Below the pieces are notes generated by a model. The model made no database searches. It saw nothing but the letters and a program-made list of their open reading frames with translations, and had not been told where the DNA came from. From Blastocatellia bacterium (lineage in GTDB: Bacteria > Acidobacteriota > Blastocatellia > RBC074): a stretch of DNA of 64,000 nucleotides. A program made the position numbers and the translations under genes. The stretch lies in assembly GCA_035331565.1 (NCBI GenBank), contig DAOLKO010000019.1:67343-131342 (forward strand), read 5' to 3'. Below, one piece after another: positions 9,621 to 19,417 of this stretch (position 1 is the first letter of the stretch; each line of letters opens with the position of its first letter).

Positions 9621-10241
9621 ATGAGAGTTCAGCTACGTAATCTTCGCAAAGCAGTTGTCTTTGTTTTGCTTTTCGCATTAGGCATTTGCGGAAACATTCT
9701 CTCCTCTTCGGCTTTTGCCGCCGGAAACCCCAAAGATGAAAAACAGGTTGTCGGACAACTCGCCGTCACGGGTTCTGTCACTGTGAATGACAAAAAGGCG
9801 ATCAATGGAACGAGCATTTTCAACAACAGCCGTTTGAATGTCGCTTGCGCGAATGGCAATCGGGCAATCATTAATTTAGGAAAATTGGGGCGCGTTGAAA
9901 TGGCACCGGGCACGCAAATGGTGCTGAAGTTTTCCGATGGGATCATCAGCGGCGATCTGACCATGGGGAAAGTTGTAGTCAACGCTCCGGCTGGCGTGAA
10001 AGTGGCGATCAGCACGCCGGAAGGTGTTTCGGCGGCGGATGGAAAAGACGCTTCGGTGGTGGCTGCGACAACACAGCGCGGAGTGCGCTGCGTTCCGGTC
10101 GTGGTTTCGAGTCAGTCGAGTTCATCGCTCGCTGTTGGCTCCGGTGCACTTGCGGCGATTTTGTTGGGAGCGGGCGGCGCGGCGGTTGCAGGGGCGGTTG
10201 TTTCTTCTCAAACCCAGGCGTCGAATGTCATTCCCAAATAG
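9621..10241 (+). CDS. secreted hypothetical protein with Ser-rich linker and C-terminal Gly/Ala-rich hydrophobic tail
   Basis: Strong AGGAGG RBS 7 nt upstream and a signal peptide (LLFALGICGNILSSSAFA). The C-terminus reads SSQSSSSLAVGSGALAAILLGAGGAAVAGAVV. Confidence 0.6.
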   Translation: MRVQLRNLRKAVVFVLLFALGICGNILSSSAFAAGNPKDEKQVVGQLAVTGSVTVNDKKAINGTSIFNNSRLNVACANGNRAIINLGKLGRVEMAPGTQMVLKFSDGIISGDLTMGKVVVNAPAGVKVAISTPEGVSAADGKDASVVAATTQRGVRCVPVVVSSQSSSSLAVGSGALAAILLGAGGAAVAGAVVSSQTQASNVIPK

Positions 10242-10413
10242 TCCGAACCCAACTCAGCCCCGAATTCAAAAAGTCCTTGAATCTTCCTGAAGAGGCCGCG
10301 GTCATCATCCGTGGCCTCGCAGACTCCCTGATAAGTTTTATCCCAACCGACCTTCCCCAAATCAATCCAGGCTTTGCCGGCGTGGTAAAGCATTCTGAAA
10401 TCGCGCTGAAATC

Positions 10414-11694
10414 GTGAGAGTTACATCCAAGACGAACAGCCTGATTAGGCAAATTGTGCTGGTAGTTTTGCTTTCTGCACTTGGAAGCGTATTTGTCAGA
10501 GTTGTTTTCCGACACTACCTTATTCGAACAATAGCGGATCGCCGAATTGTGATGAACCGCGCGGCTGCAATGGCTGCCGTTAACAGATTGCCGCATTCGC
10601 CTCGCGCTTTGTTCCGTCTGGCGGAAGCGGAAATGGCTGAACCGGCATTCAATTCGCAATTGTCCGCAAGCGCGCAAACACACGCCAAGTTGGCGATTCA
10701 AAATTCTCCCTGGGATTATCGTCCATGGAAATTGCTGGCCGCCCTGCAGGAATCTGACGGCAGACCGGATGAGGCGGAAACGTCGCTGCTGGCCGCAGTT
10801 CGATTGACTCCTAACAATGTTGAAGTGAGATGGATGCTGGCCAATCTTTTATTAAGACAGGGAAAGCTGGATGAGTCGTTGAATGAATTCAACTTTACGA
10901 CGAAGGGCCGCCCGGAGCTTTTACCAATTGCTTTTGACCTGCTTTGGCAAGCGTCAAACGGGAAAATGGAACTGTTGAAAACTGTCGCCGGCAATGAACC
11001 TAAATCCCAATTAAGTCTCGTACAATTTTTGGCTGAGCAATCACAAATGGAGATGGCCATCAGTCTCTATCGCAGCATTGACGTGGCGGAAAAGTTGAAA
11101 TCGCCGAGCGCCGCCGCATTCATTTCCTCTCTGATTCAGACACAGCAGTTTTTGACGGCGCGCGACCTTTGGATTGAGACGGTTGGTTCTTTGACAGGAA
11201 ATCGCAGCGCCGATTTGATCTGGAACGGCGGCTTTGAAATTGATTCCCGGAAGGATTTCGATCACTTTGACTGGACGCTCGCTCCCAGTAATTACGCTAG
11301 AATCGGTTTCGATCAAAGCGTCGCCCACGGCGGCGGAAAATCGCTTAAACTGATTTTCGCCGGACGGGACACCACCAGGCTCGAAGGCGAGATTAAACAG
11401 TTGGTCGCGCTCAAACCGAACACGCGCTACCGGCTGGAATGCCAGGTCAGAACCGCTGATTTGCTGACGCCCGAAGGCCCGCGCTTGGCGCTGCTCAGCC
11501 AAAATCAGATTACGACAATTTCCGAACCCGTTGCCGCCGGCACTTCGGAATGGCGGCGATTGGCGGGCGAGTTCATTTCGCCGACGCAGCCGGCGGCGAC
11601 TTACATCACCATCGCCAGACTGCCGCGATTCAGTTATGACGATCCAACGCGCGGAACCATCTGGTTCGATGATTTCAAACTGACAGAGCTATAA
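10414..11694 (+). CDS. membrane-anchored TPR-repeat protein with C-terminal CBM_4_9-like carbohydrate-binding beta-sandwich
   Basis: N-terminal TM, then TPR-like helical repeats (WMLANLLLRQGKLDESL...). The C-terminal ~170 aa has a CBM-like pattern (IWNGGFE...GGGKSLKLIF...IWFDDFKL). It lies immediately upstream of the Wzy-like gene. Confidence 0.65.
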   Translation: MRVTSKTNSLIRQIVLVVLLSALGSVFVRVVFRHYLIRTIADRRIVMNRAAAMAAVNRLPHSPRALFRLAEAEMAEPAFNSQLSASAQTHAKLAIQNSPWDYRPWKLLAALQESDGRPDEAETSLLAAVRLTPNNVEVRWMLANLLLRQGKLDESLNEFNFTTKGRPELLPIAFDLLWQASNGKMELLKTVAGNEPKSQLSLVQFLAEQSQMEMAISLYRSIDVAEKLKSPSAAAFISSLIQTQQFLTARDLWIETVGSLTGNRSADLIWNGGFEIDSRKDFDHFDWTLAPSNYARIGFDQSVAHGGGKSLKLIFAGRDTTRLEGEIKQLVALKPNTRYRLECQVRTADLLTPEGPRLALLSQNQITTISEPVAAGTSEWRRLAGEFISPTQPAATYITIARLPRFSYDDPTRGTIWFDDFKLTEL

Positions 11695-11706
11695 CGGAGC
11701 GATTGT

Positions 11707-13116
11707 TTGGTGCCGAACAAGAATTCAACGCTGAAAAAGACAGGCGAACTTCTGAATGCGTTCATCTCCGCCGGATTGCTGCTGGCAATCGCCTTCACCG
11801 CGCTGGCTTTCGGAACTGTGGAGCCGTGGTCAATTGCGGTGTTCAACTTATTGATCCTTGTGTTGTGTTTGTTCTGGGGAGGGAAATGCCTGATCGAAGG
11901 TCGCCTGACGTTGGTCATCGCTTCCGTCGCCTGGCCGTTGATGGCGCTGATTGGCTTGGCATTTTTACAGACCATCGCGCGCGCCGACGCATCCGGCAAA
12001 TGGTTCGCCATCTCGCTGGACGTTGAAGCGACGCGTCTGACGCTGGAAACTGTCGCCGTCTTGCTGACGGCGTTGCTGCTCTTTTCCACCTTTTTTGCCG
12101 AAGCCGAACGCCTTTACTGGATGAGAAACTTTCTGGTGGTTTTCGGGCTGGCGTTGGCCGTTTTCGGGTTGATTCAAAAGTTCACCTGGAACGGAAAGTA
12201 TTACTGGCTGATCGAATCCAGCGCTCCTGCGGAAGTTCCGCTCGGCCCATTCGTCAATCGCAATCATTTCGCGGGCTATTTGGAAATGATCGCGCCGATT
12301 CCGGTGGCGTTGATTTTGTCGCGGGCGGTGCGCGGTGAGCTTTCCTTCTTTTATGGATTTGCCGCTGCTTTGATGAGCGTGGCGGTGTTCGTTTCGCTTT
12401 CACGTGGCGGAATGATTAGTTTGCTGACCGGATTGTTGTTCGTTGTCGCATTCGGCGTGAAGCCGGCGGCGGAAAGATCAGGAACTCGCAAGCTGTTTGG
12501 AATTTCCCCGCGTTTTGCCGCCGTGGTGTTGATCGTGTTGACGGTCGGTGGCGGCGTCTGGTGGGTTGCCGGAGACGCCGTGATCGAGCGCGCGCAACGC
12601 ACTGATTTAAGCGCACAGGCACGAAGCGGTGCCGGCAAGGAAACCTTCTTTCAAAGCCGTGGCTGGATTTGGCGTGATACGGCGGAAATGATACGGGAAA
12701 ACTGGCTGCTCGGAATTGGGTTGGGCGCTTACGAAACGGCCTATTTTCTTTACGGCAAACGCGACGGCAGTTTGATTGTCAGTCAGGCGCACAACGATTA
12801 TTTACAGATCATGGCTGATTGCGGCATCGTTGGTGGTGGCTTGGCGATTTGGTTCATTGCGGTTTTTTTCAGGGATTTGATGCGTGCGCTCGGTCATCGG
12901 AATGAAATGATGGCCGGGTTGGCGCTGGGTTGCGGAGCAGGCGCGGTGGCGATGCTCGTTCACAGCCTGTTTGATTTCAATTTGCAGTTGCCGTCCAACG
13001 CGTTGTTGTTTCTGGTGTTGACGGCGGTTGTTTCAAATATCGGTTCCGCCGCTGTCGGCGGCAAAGTCGGCCCGGCTCTGATGAATCGGGCGGTGCGCGC
13101 GAGCCTTGCGGCTTGA
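11707..13116 (+). CDS. O-antigen ligase / Wzy_C-family polytopic membrane protein (candidate polysaccharide polymerase or ligase)
   Basis: About 11 TM segments with a large periplasmic loop. It carries the Wzy_C-type motif AHNDYLQIMADCGIVGG and has a TTG/GTG start. Confidence 0.8.
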   Translation: MVPNKNSTLKKTGELLNAFISAGLLLAIAFTALAFGTVEPWSIAVFNLLILVLCLFWGGKCLIEGRLTLVIASVAWPLMALIGLAFLQTIARADASGKWFAISLDVEATRLTLETVAVLLTALLLFSTFFAEAERLYWMRNFLVVFGLALAVFGLIQKFTWNGKYYWLIESSAPAEVPLGPFVNRNHFAGYLEMIAPIPVALILSRAVRGELSFFYGFAAALMSVAVFVSLSRGGMISLLTGLLFVVAFGVKPAAERSGTRKLFGISPRFAAVVLIVLTVGGGVWWVAGDAVIERAQRTDLSAQARSGAGKETFFQSRGWIWRDTAEMIRENWLLGIGLGAYETAYFLYGKRDGSLIVSQAHNDYLQIMADCGIVGGGLAIWFIAVFFRDLMRALGHRNEMMAGLALGCGAGAVAMLVHSLFDFNLQLPSNALLFLVLTAVVSNIGSAAVGGKVGPALMNRAVRASLAA

Positions 13117-13147
13117 GGCGCTCAAGCAATTGATGGAGGGTCTAGTT

Positions 13148-14311
13148 GTGAAAACAAAATCTGTTGCAGCGAAGCAGTTCTTAGGACGATTGTCGGTTTG
13201 GTGTTTGTCTGTTTGCGTGTTGCTGGCGTCATCGGCGTTGGGCCAGAATCCGCCGCCGCGCACCAGCGCGCAAACTCCCGCGCGAACCACTGACACGAGT
13301 GGGGGCGAAACGACCAATCAGGTCAAACCGCGTGTCGGCCCGGATGTGATTATTTCCGCCGATGAAGATTACCAACTCGCGCCCAGCGACGTGATCGAAA
13401 TCATCATTCAGGACGCGCCGGAACTATCGGGAAACTTCCGCATAGGCGCTTCCGGCAGCATTCCCATGCCTTATCTCGGACAACAGAACGTCGCGGGCAA
13501 GACCACGGAGGAAGTTGCCAAAATCATCACGGAAGGACTGAAGGGGCGGTATTTGAAAGACCCCAAAGTTTTTGTCTCCATCACCAGATACAACAGCCGA
13601 ACATTCTTCATTCAAGGCGCGGTCAAATCGCCGGGCGTTTACGTGATTGAAGGCAAGCCGTCGCTGTTCAAGCTGATTACCATCGCCGGCGGGTTACAGG
13701 AAAAGCACGGTTCCATTGCTTACGTTGTTCGCGAAACCAAAGCTAAACCGGAAAAGATCGAGATGCGCGGTCAGACAGCGGACGGCAAGCCGGAGCAGGT
13801 GAGAACGACGCCCGTTTCCGAAGCCGTGGACAATGCCAAAGGATCGAACGCCGGCATGATCGGCGAGACGGAGTATGAACTGTTGCGCGCGCAGATCGGC
13901 GGTTTGATGAAAGGCCGCTTCGATCAAAACGTGCTGATTCAGCCGGGCGATGTCGTATACATTCCTCCGGCGGAAGTTTTTTATGTCGCCGGCGAAGTTC
14001 GCGCGCCAGGGCAGTATCAATTCAAGGAAGGCATGACATTGCGCCAGGCAATCACACTGGCGCAGGGAACTTACTTCAAAGCGAAACTGGACAAAGGCAT
14101 CATCTTTCGCGAAGACCCGTTGAGCGGGAAGTTCAATGAAATCCCGGTCAACATTGCGGAAGTGATGAAGGGCGGAGGAAAAGACGATATGCCGATTTAT
14201 CCCAACGATGTGGTGCTGGTTCCGAACAGCGCGGTCAAGGGAGTGTCGGCGGCGTTGTTAATGGCGATGGCGACGGGGCTTGCGCTGCGCATTCCCATCG
14301 GGGTGCGTTAA
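13148..14311 (+). CDS. wza: polysaccharide export outer-membrane protein Wza (Poly_export + SLBB domains)
   Basis: GTG start at 13148 preceded by GGAGGG at a 7-nt spacing; signal peptide; PES/Poly_export core (GPDVIISADEDYQLAPSDVIEIIIQD), SLBB (DVVYIPPAEVFYVAGEVRAPGQY) and a C-terminal amphipathic helix. The ORF track's start (13106) overlaps the upstream gene. Confidence 0.8.
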   Translation: MKTKSVAAKQFLGRLSVWCLSVCVLLASSALGQNPPPRTSAQTPARTTDTSGGETTNQVKPRVGPDVIISADEDYQLAPSDVIEIIIQDAPELSGNFRIGASGSIPMPYLGQQNVAGKTTEEVAKIITEGLKGRYLKDPKVFVSITRYNSRTFFIQGAVKSPGVYVIEGKPSLFKLITIAGGLQEKHGSIAYVVRETKAKPEKIEMRGQTADGKPEQVRTTPVSEAVDNAKGSNAGMIGETEYELLRAQIGGLMKGRFDQNVLIQPGDVVYIPPAEVFYVAGEVRAPGQYQFKEGMTLRQAITLAQGTYFKAKLDKGIIFREDPLSGKFNEIPVNIAEVMKGGGKDDMPIYPNDVVLVPNSAVKGVSAALLMAMATGLALRIPIGVR

Positions 14312-14382
14312 TCGTAAAACTATCAACTAATCAAGACGGCAATCAATACGGCCAACTGTGAGAGGGTAAAAACAAGGATTTT

Positions 14383-16791
14383 ATGGCAGACGAAAGAACA
14401 GAGCTTGATAAACCATTAACCCCCGAAGAATCAGCCATCATGCGCCCATTCGCCACTCCCCGTTATGGTGGATCGTATGGTTACGGATATGGCCCGGAAC
14501 AAGGACCGGGCATTCACCTGCGCGAAGTTCTGCGCATCATTCGCAAGCGAAAGTGGCTGGTAATGGCGATTGCCGCCGTGGCCACGATTTTGGTGACGGT
14601 CGAAGTTTTCCGCACGCCGTCCGTTTATCGCGCTTCCAACCGCATCGAAGTGGCCAAGGACTCGCCCGTGGTCGTGACATCCAAAGATCAGGTTATCCAA
14701 TTCGAGGATTCCGACAGCCTGAACACCAAAAAAGTGATTTTCAAAAGTCGCCCGCTGCTGGAAGACATCGTGGTGCTTTTGAAGCTGGAACAGGATCCGA
14801 AATTCATCGAAAGCATGCGGAAGAAATCCGTGACTGATGCTCTGCATGAAATCGGGGATCGTTTCTCCGGCAAAGGCGCGGACGAAGAAACCAAACAGTC
14901 AGAGGCGTTGATTGCTTCGCAAACCGTTATTCTGCAAGAGCGCACGCCGGAAGAAAGTCGCCGCCTGGCACCTTTCGTCAACATTCTGCGCAGCAAGCTG
15001 AATGTCGAGACGATGGCGGAAACGAACATTCTGGAAGTTTCCTTCGAGCATACTGACCCCGCGCTGGCCGCCGCCGTCGTCAACACCGCCGCCAAGAATT
15101 TCATTGACCGCACCTTTGAACGGCGGACTTCCAATTTTTCCAGCACCTCGGATTGGCTTGATCGTTCGACGCGCGAGCTGCGGGCGAAGGTTCAACAGGC
15201 CGAGCAGGCCGTGGCCGATTACACCAAGCGCAACGGCATCTTTTCGACCGACGGCAAAGGCAATCTGACGACGGACAAACTCTCCGGCCTACACGCCGAA
15301 GCCTTGAAGGCCGAGATGGATCGTATGCTCAAGCAGTCGCTTTACGAAGAAGTCAAAAATGGTCGCGCTGCGCAATTGCCTGAAGCCTTTTCAGACGCCA
15401 GAACCGGCACGCTCAAACAAAAGCTGGGCGAACTGGAACTGGAGCAGTCGCAGTTGAGCGTCAAATACGGCCCGGAAAATCCGCAGGTCGCCGTCATCGA
15501 ACAAAAAATCAAAGTCCTGAAAGATCAACTGAAGGACAATCAGCGGACGCTGGAAGACAAGTTGAAAGCGGATTATGACCGTTCGGTGCGCGATGAGCGC
15601 GAATTCAAAATCGCGCTGGACGCGGCGAAAGGCGAGGCCGTCCAACAAAATCAGGCGGCGATTCAATTCAGCACGCTGCAAGCCGAACTCGACACCGCGA
15701 AGGCGCTTTACGCCGATTTCCTCAACAAAACCAAGCAGGCCGATTTGCAACTGGCCGAACAGCACAACAACCTGAAGATTGTCGAAACGGCCGAAACTCC
15801 CAAATCGCCGATTGGCCCGCAGCGGTTCCGCACGATTCTGATTGGCTTGCTCGTCAGCTTGATTGCCGGAATGGGTTTGGCGTTCTTCCTCGAATATCTG
15901 GACAACACGGTCAAGAGCGTGGAGGACGTGGAGCGCGTGGCCGCGTTGCCTACGCTGGCAGTGATTCCCGCCATCTCCACCATTTCGCCGCGCGCGCTGG
16001 CGGAAAAGAAAAAGAACAAAGCGGAAGTCAGCCCCAGCACGGAACTCAGTCCGAATTTCGCTTCCGCAGGTTCGGGCGAACACGGAAAGCTGACCAAGCT
16101 GGTCACGCTAGACCAACTTTCCTCCGTGGTCGAAGCCTACCGCATGCTGCGCACTTCGGTGCTGCTGTCCGCCGCCGGTAATCCGCCGAAGGTCATTCTG
16201 TTCACCAGCGGCCAGCCGGGCGAAGGCAAAACCACCACGGCTATCAACACCGCGATTTCGCTCTCGCAGCTTGGCTCTTCCGTGTTGCTGATTGACGCGG
16301 ATTTACGCCGTCCGACCGTGCATCGCGTGTTCAAGATGGGCCAGTCTCAAGGGCTTTCGACCTTCCTCTCGCGGCAGGTGGAAATTGATCCGTTGATTCA
16401 TAAATTATGGGTTCCGAATCTGTCCGTGTTACCCTGTGGCCCGATTCCTCCCAATCCGGCTGAGTTAATCAGTTCGGAGCGAATGAAAAGTCTGTTGAAA
16501 GTGCTGTCCGAAAAATACGATCACATACTGATTGATTCGCCGCCGCTGATTAACGTCACCGATCCGGTAATTCTTTCGACGATGGTGGACGGCACGATTC
16601 TGGTCGTGCAGGCCGGACGTTCGACGCGCGACATAGTGCGCCGCGCCCGTCAGGAACTGGCCAGCGTCGGCGCGAAGATTTTCGGCGTGGTGTTGAACAA
16701 TCTCGACATCAAACGAGAAGGGTACGATTCGTACCTTTCCACCTACGGCAATTACGGTTACGCGGAACGCCGCGAAGCAGGCCGCAGGTAA
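14383..16791 (+). CDS. wzc: polysaccharide co-polymerase / tyrosine autokinase Wzc (paralog 1)
   Basis: Two TM segments flank a Wzz/GumC-like periplasmic coiled-coil domain. The cytoplasmic BY-kinase has Walker A (GQPGEGKTT), Walker A' (LLIDADLRRP), Walker B (ILIDSPPL) and a C-terminal Tyr cluster (YDSYLSTYGNYGY). Confidence 0.9.
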   Translation: MADERTELDKPLTPEESAIMRPFATPRYGGSYGYGYGPEQGPGIHLREVLRIIRKRKWLVMAIAAVATILVTVEVFRTPSVYRASNRIEVAKDSPVVVTSKDQVIQFEDSDSLNTKKVIFKSRPLLEDIVVLLKLEQDPKFIESMRKKSVTDALHEIGDRFSGKGADEETKQSEALIASQTVILQERTPEESRRLAPFVNILRSKLNVETMAETNILEVSFEHTDPALAAAVVNTAAKNFIDRTFERRTSNFSSTSDWLDRSTRELRAKVQQAEQAVADYTKRNGIFSTDGKGNLTTDKLSGLHAEALKAEMDRMLKQSLYEEVKNGRAAQLPEAFSDARTGTLKQKLGELELEQSQLSVKYGPENPQVAVIEQKIKVLKDQLKDNQRTLEDKLKADYDRSVRDEREFKIALDAAKGEAVQQNQAAIQFSTLQAELDTAKALYADFLNKTKQADLQLAEQHNNLKIVETAETPKSPIGPQRFRTILIGLLVSLIAGMGLAFFLEYLDNTVKSVEDVERVAALPTLAVIPAISTISPRALAEKKKNKAEVSPSTELSPNFASAGSGEHGKLTKLVTLDQLSSVVEAYRMLRTSVLLSAAGNPPKVILFTSGQPGEGKTTTAINTAISLSQLGSSVLLIDADLRRPTVHRVFKMGQSQGLSTFLSRQVEIDPLIHKLWVPNLSVLPCGPIPPNPAELISSERMKSLLKVLSEKYDHILIDSPPLINVTDPVILSTMVDGTILVVQAGRSTRDIVRRARQELASVGAKIFGVVLNNLDIKREGYDSYLSTYGNYGYAERREAGRR

Positions 16792-16794
16792 AAT

Positions 16795-16872
16795 ATGATG
16801 GGTGAAGATGAAGGCAGAAGGATGAAAGCGGCACAATCGCTATTTCATTCTTCATCCCTCATCTTTCATCAT
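16795..16872 (+). promoter_or_regulatory. imperfect GA-rich/CT-rich inverted repeat (GATGAAG...CTTCATC arms, ~33 nt each) between the wzc paralogs
   Basis: Left arm atgatgggtgaagatgaaggcagaaggatgaaag, loop cggcacaatcg, right arm ctatttcattcttcatccctcatctttcatcat. About 75-80% of arm positions are complementary. It starts 4 nt after the wzc-1 stop. Confidence 0.35.
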
Positions 16873-16949
16873 TTCTAAAAACTACACACAATTTCTTTGA
16901 CAATTCCGTTGCTGCGTCCCTTGCCCCGGCGCAGTTGTAAGGTTCCGTC

Positions 16950-19334
16950 ATGGCTGAAGAAAAAAATAACTCTGAACTCCCTCAATTGGCGGAAGAGGCG
17001 CTGCTGCTGCGACCGAGCGGCGTGTCCAAGCCGAATTCCTTTGAACAACTGGCTTATAACTATGGCGCGGGTGGCGCGAAAGACGGCTTCGATCCGCGCG
17101 GTTTGTGGCGCAAAATCCGCAAACGGAAATGGCTGGTGGCGGCGATTGTCCTGATTGCCACGATCATTGTTTCCATCGAATCCTTCCGCACCAAATCCCT
17201 TTACCTGGCGACCACCAAAGTCGCCATCAACAAACAAAGCACGATTGTCAGAACAGGCGATCTGGTACTTGAATCCAACGACAGCGAGCGTGTCAAAACG
17301 GAAATACTAATGCTCAGCACGCATCCGCTATTGGAAGAAGTCATCGTCCGGCTCAAGCTCGACCAGAACCCGCAATTTCTGGACATCAAAAACCGCAAGT
17401 CCGTTGTTGAAGCGGTCAAAACAATTTCAGCCAAACTCAAAGGCGAACCCAATACAGGCAATTCCATTCCGCCGCCGCTCAATCTGTCGCCGGCGCAAGA
17501 CGCTCCGCGCTCAACGGCGGAAAGCGCGCGCCTGACGCCTTACGTCGAACTGCTCAAGGAAAACCTTTTCGTTGACCAGATTCCCGAAACGCGCGCGCTG
17601 GCCATCAATTATTCCCACACCAATCCGGTCATTGCCCAAGCCGTCGCCAACGGCGTGGCGCAGGTGTTTGTGGATTTCAGCTTTCAAAACAAAATCTCTA
17701 AATATTCCAGTTCCTTCAACTGGCTGGATCGCACCACGCGCGGTTTGCGCGCGCAGATGGAACAAGCCGAACGCGCGCTGGCCGATTACAGCAGTTCGCA
17801 CAACTTCTTTTCGCCGGACGAAAAGCAAAGCCTGACGGTCAGCAAACTGGCGACGCTGTACGGACAGGTGCTGAAGGCCGAGACGGATCGCATTCTGAAA
17901 CAATCGCTTTATGAAGAAGTGCGCCGCGACCGCGTGGCGCAATTGCCTGAAGCCTTTTCCGATCCGCGCATCGTGCAGTGGCAAAACGAGATGGGTAAGC
18001 TGCAACTCAAAGCTTCGGAACTCAACTCGCGGTTCGGCCCGGAAAATCCGAAAGTTCTTGAAACACAGCAGCAGATCAAGGAACTGGACGGTCTGGTTCT
18101 GGCCAGCACCAGACAACTGGCAGAGCGGTTGAAAGCGGATTATGACCGCGCCGTGCGCGATGAAGCCTTGATTCGCGAATCACTGGAACAAGCCCGCAAC
18201 GAAGCCATACAGCAGAATCAAGCCGCGATTGAATTGAACGTACTCAAACAAAACTCCGACACGGCGCGCGCGCTTTACAACGACTTTTTGCAGAAAACCA
18301 ATCAGGCGAACATACAGGTCAATGAACAGCAGAACGATCTGAAAGTCATTGATCCGGCGCGCGTCCCGAATGCGCCCGTCGGGCCGAAGCGATTGCGCGC
18401 AATTCTGATCGCCATCTTTCTTAGTCTGGTTGCCGGCATCGGGTTGACGTTCTTGCTGGAATACCTGGACAACACGGTCAAAAACGTCGAGGACGTGGCG
18501 CGCGCCACGCAGTTGCCCACGTTGGCGCTGATTCCAGCGATGGAAGGCAACACCGTTCGCACGTTGAATAAAAAGAAAAGCATCCAAAACAAACCCGTGG
18601 CTGGACTCGCTCCGCGCAGCATGCAGACAGGCACCAACGGTCTGGCCACGCTCGACGGCATGTCTTCAGTCGTCGAAGCCTACAGAATGCTGCGCACTTC
18701 CGTGCTGCTTTCCAGCGCAGGCAATCCGCCCAAAATCATTCTCGTCACCAGCAGCCAGCCTGGCGAAGGCAAAACCACGACGGCGGTCAACACAGCCATT
18801 TCACTGACTCAACTCGGCGCGAGTGTTTTGCTGATTGACGCTGACCTGCGCCGCCCTGCGGTTCACAAAGCCTTCAAACTTTCCCACGCGCGCGGCTTGT
18901 CGAATTATCTTTCCGGCAACGCTGCGCTCAGCGATTTGATCGTTGATTTGCCGATTCCGAATCTTTCGTTGTTGGCTTGTGGCCCGATTCCGCCCAACCC
19001 GGCGGAACTGGTCAGCTCTGAACGGATGAAAGAAATGTTGCGCGTACTCAGCCAGCTTTACGATCACATCATCGTGGATTCGCCGCCGCTGATTAACGTC
19101 ACCGACCCGATCATTCTTTCCACCATCGTTGACGGCACGATTCTGGTAGTGCAGGCCAGCCGTTCGACGCGCGATATGCTGCGGCGTTCGCGGCAGGAAC
19201 TGGCCGGCGTGGGTGCGAAAGTTTTCGGTGTGGTTCTGAACAACGTGGACATCAAACGCGACGGCTACGACGAGTATTACTATTACCGTTATTACTCGAA
19301 TTACGGTCAGGATGGGAAGCAAGCCGAATCTTGA
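16950..19334 (+). CDS. wzc: polysaccharide co-polymerase / tyrosine autokinase Wzc (paralog 2)
   Basis: Same architecture as paralog 1. The kinase core is about 85% identical to paralog 1 (SSVVEAYRMLRTSVLLSSAGNPPKIILVTSSQPGEGKTTTAVNTAISL...), the periplasmic domain is diverged, and the C-terminal Tyr cluster is richer (YDEYYYYRYYSNYG). Confidence 0.9.
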   Translation: MAEEKNNSELPQLAEEALLLRPSGVSKPNSFEQLAYNYGAGGAKDGFDPRGLWRKIRKRKWLVAAIVLIATIIVSIESFRTKSLYLATTKVAINKQSTIVRTGDLVLESNDSERVKTEILMLSTHPLLEEVIVRLKLDQNPQFLDIKNRKSVVEAVKTISAKLKGEPNTGNSIPPPLNLSPAQDAPRSTAESARLTPYVELLKENLFVDQIPETRALAINYSHTNPVIAQAVANGVAQVFVDFSFQNKISKYSSSFNWLDRTTRGLRAQMEQAERALADYSSSHNFFSPDEKQSLTVSKLATLYGQVLKAETDRILKQSLYEEVRRDRVAQLPEAFSDPRIVQWQNEMGKLQLKASELNSRFGPENPKVLETQQQIKELDGLVLASTRQLAERLKADYDRAVRDEALIRESLEQARNEAIQQNQAAIELNVLKQNSDTARALYNDFLQKTNQANIQVNEQQNDLKVIDPARVPNAPVGPKRLRAILIAIFLSLVAGIGLTFLLEYLDNTVKNVEDVARATQLPTLALIPAMEGNTVRTLNKKKSIQNKPVAGLAPRSMQTGTNGLATLDGMSSVVEAYRMLRTSVLLSSAGNPPKIILVTSSQPGEGKTTTAVNTAISLTQLGASVLLIDADLRRPAVHKAFKLSHARGLSNYLSGNAALSDLIVDLPIPNLSLLACGPIPPNPAELVSSERMKEMLRVLSQLYDHIIVDSPPLINVTDPIILSTIVDGTILVVQASRSTRDMLRRSRQELAGVGAKVFGVVLNNVDIKRDGYDEYYYYRYYSNYGQDGKQAES

Positions 19335-19388
19335 GTCCGTTGTACCCGGAAGCCGCTGCATTTTGATGAGTTAAAACGAAGTGACTTA

Positions 19389-19417
19389 TTGACGGACTTT
19401 GGCGTTCGGCTTATCAT
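19389..19417 (+). promoter_or_regulatory. candidate sigma70-type promoter (TTGACG-17-TATCAT) upstream of wzx
   Basis: -35 TTGACG at 19389-19394, 17-nt spacer, -10 TATCAT at 19412-19417. It sits ~125 nt upstream of the wzx start in the 200-bp gap after wzc-2. Confidence 0.35.

Noticed and set aside
10228-10701. 157-aa minus-strand ORF overlapping the start of the TPR-CBM gene
   Set aside because: There is no RBS or motif, and it overlaps a plus-strand gene that heads a long co-directional operon. It is probably spurious, although the exact start of the TPR gene is itself uncertain.
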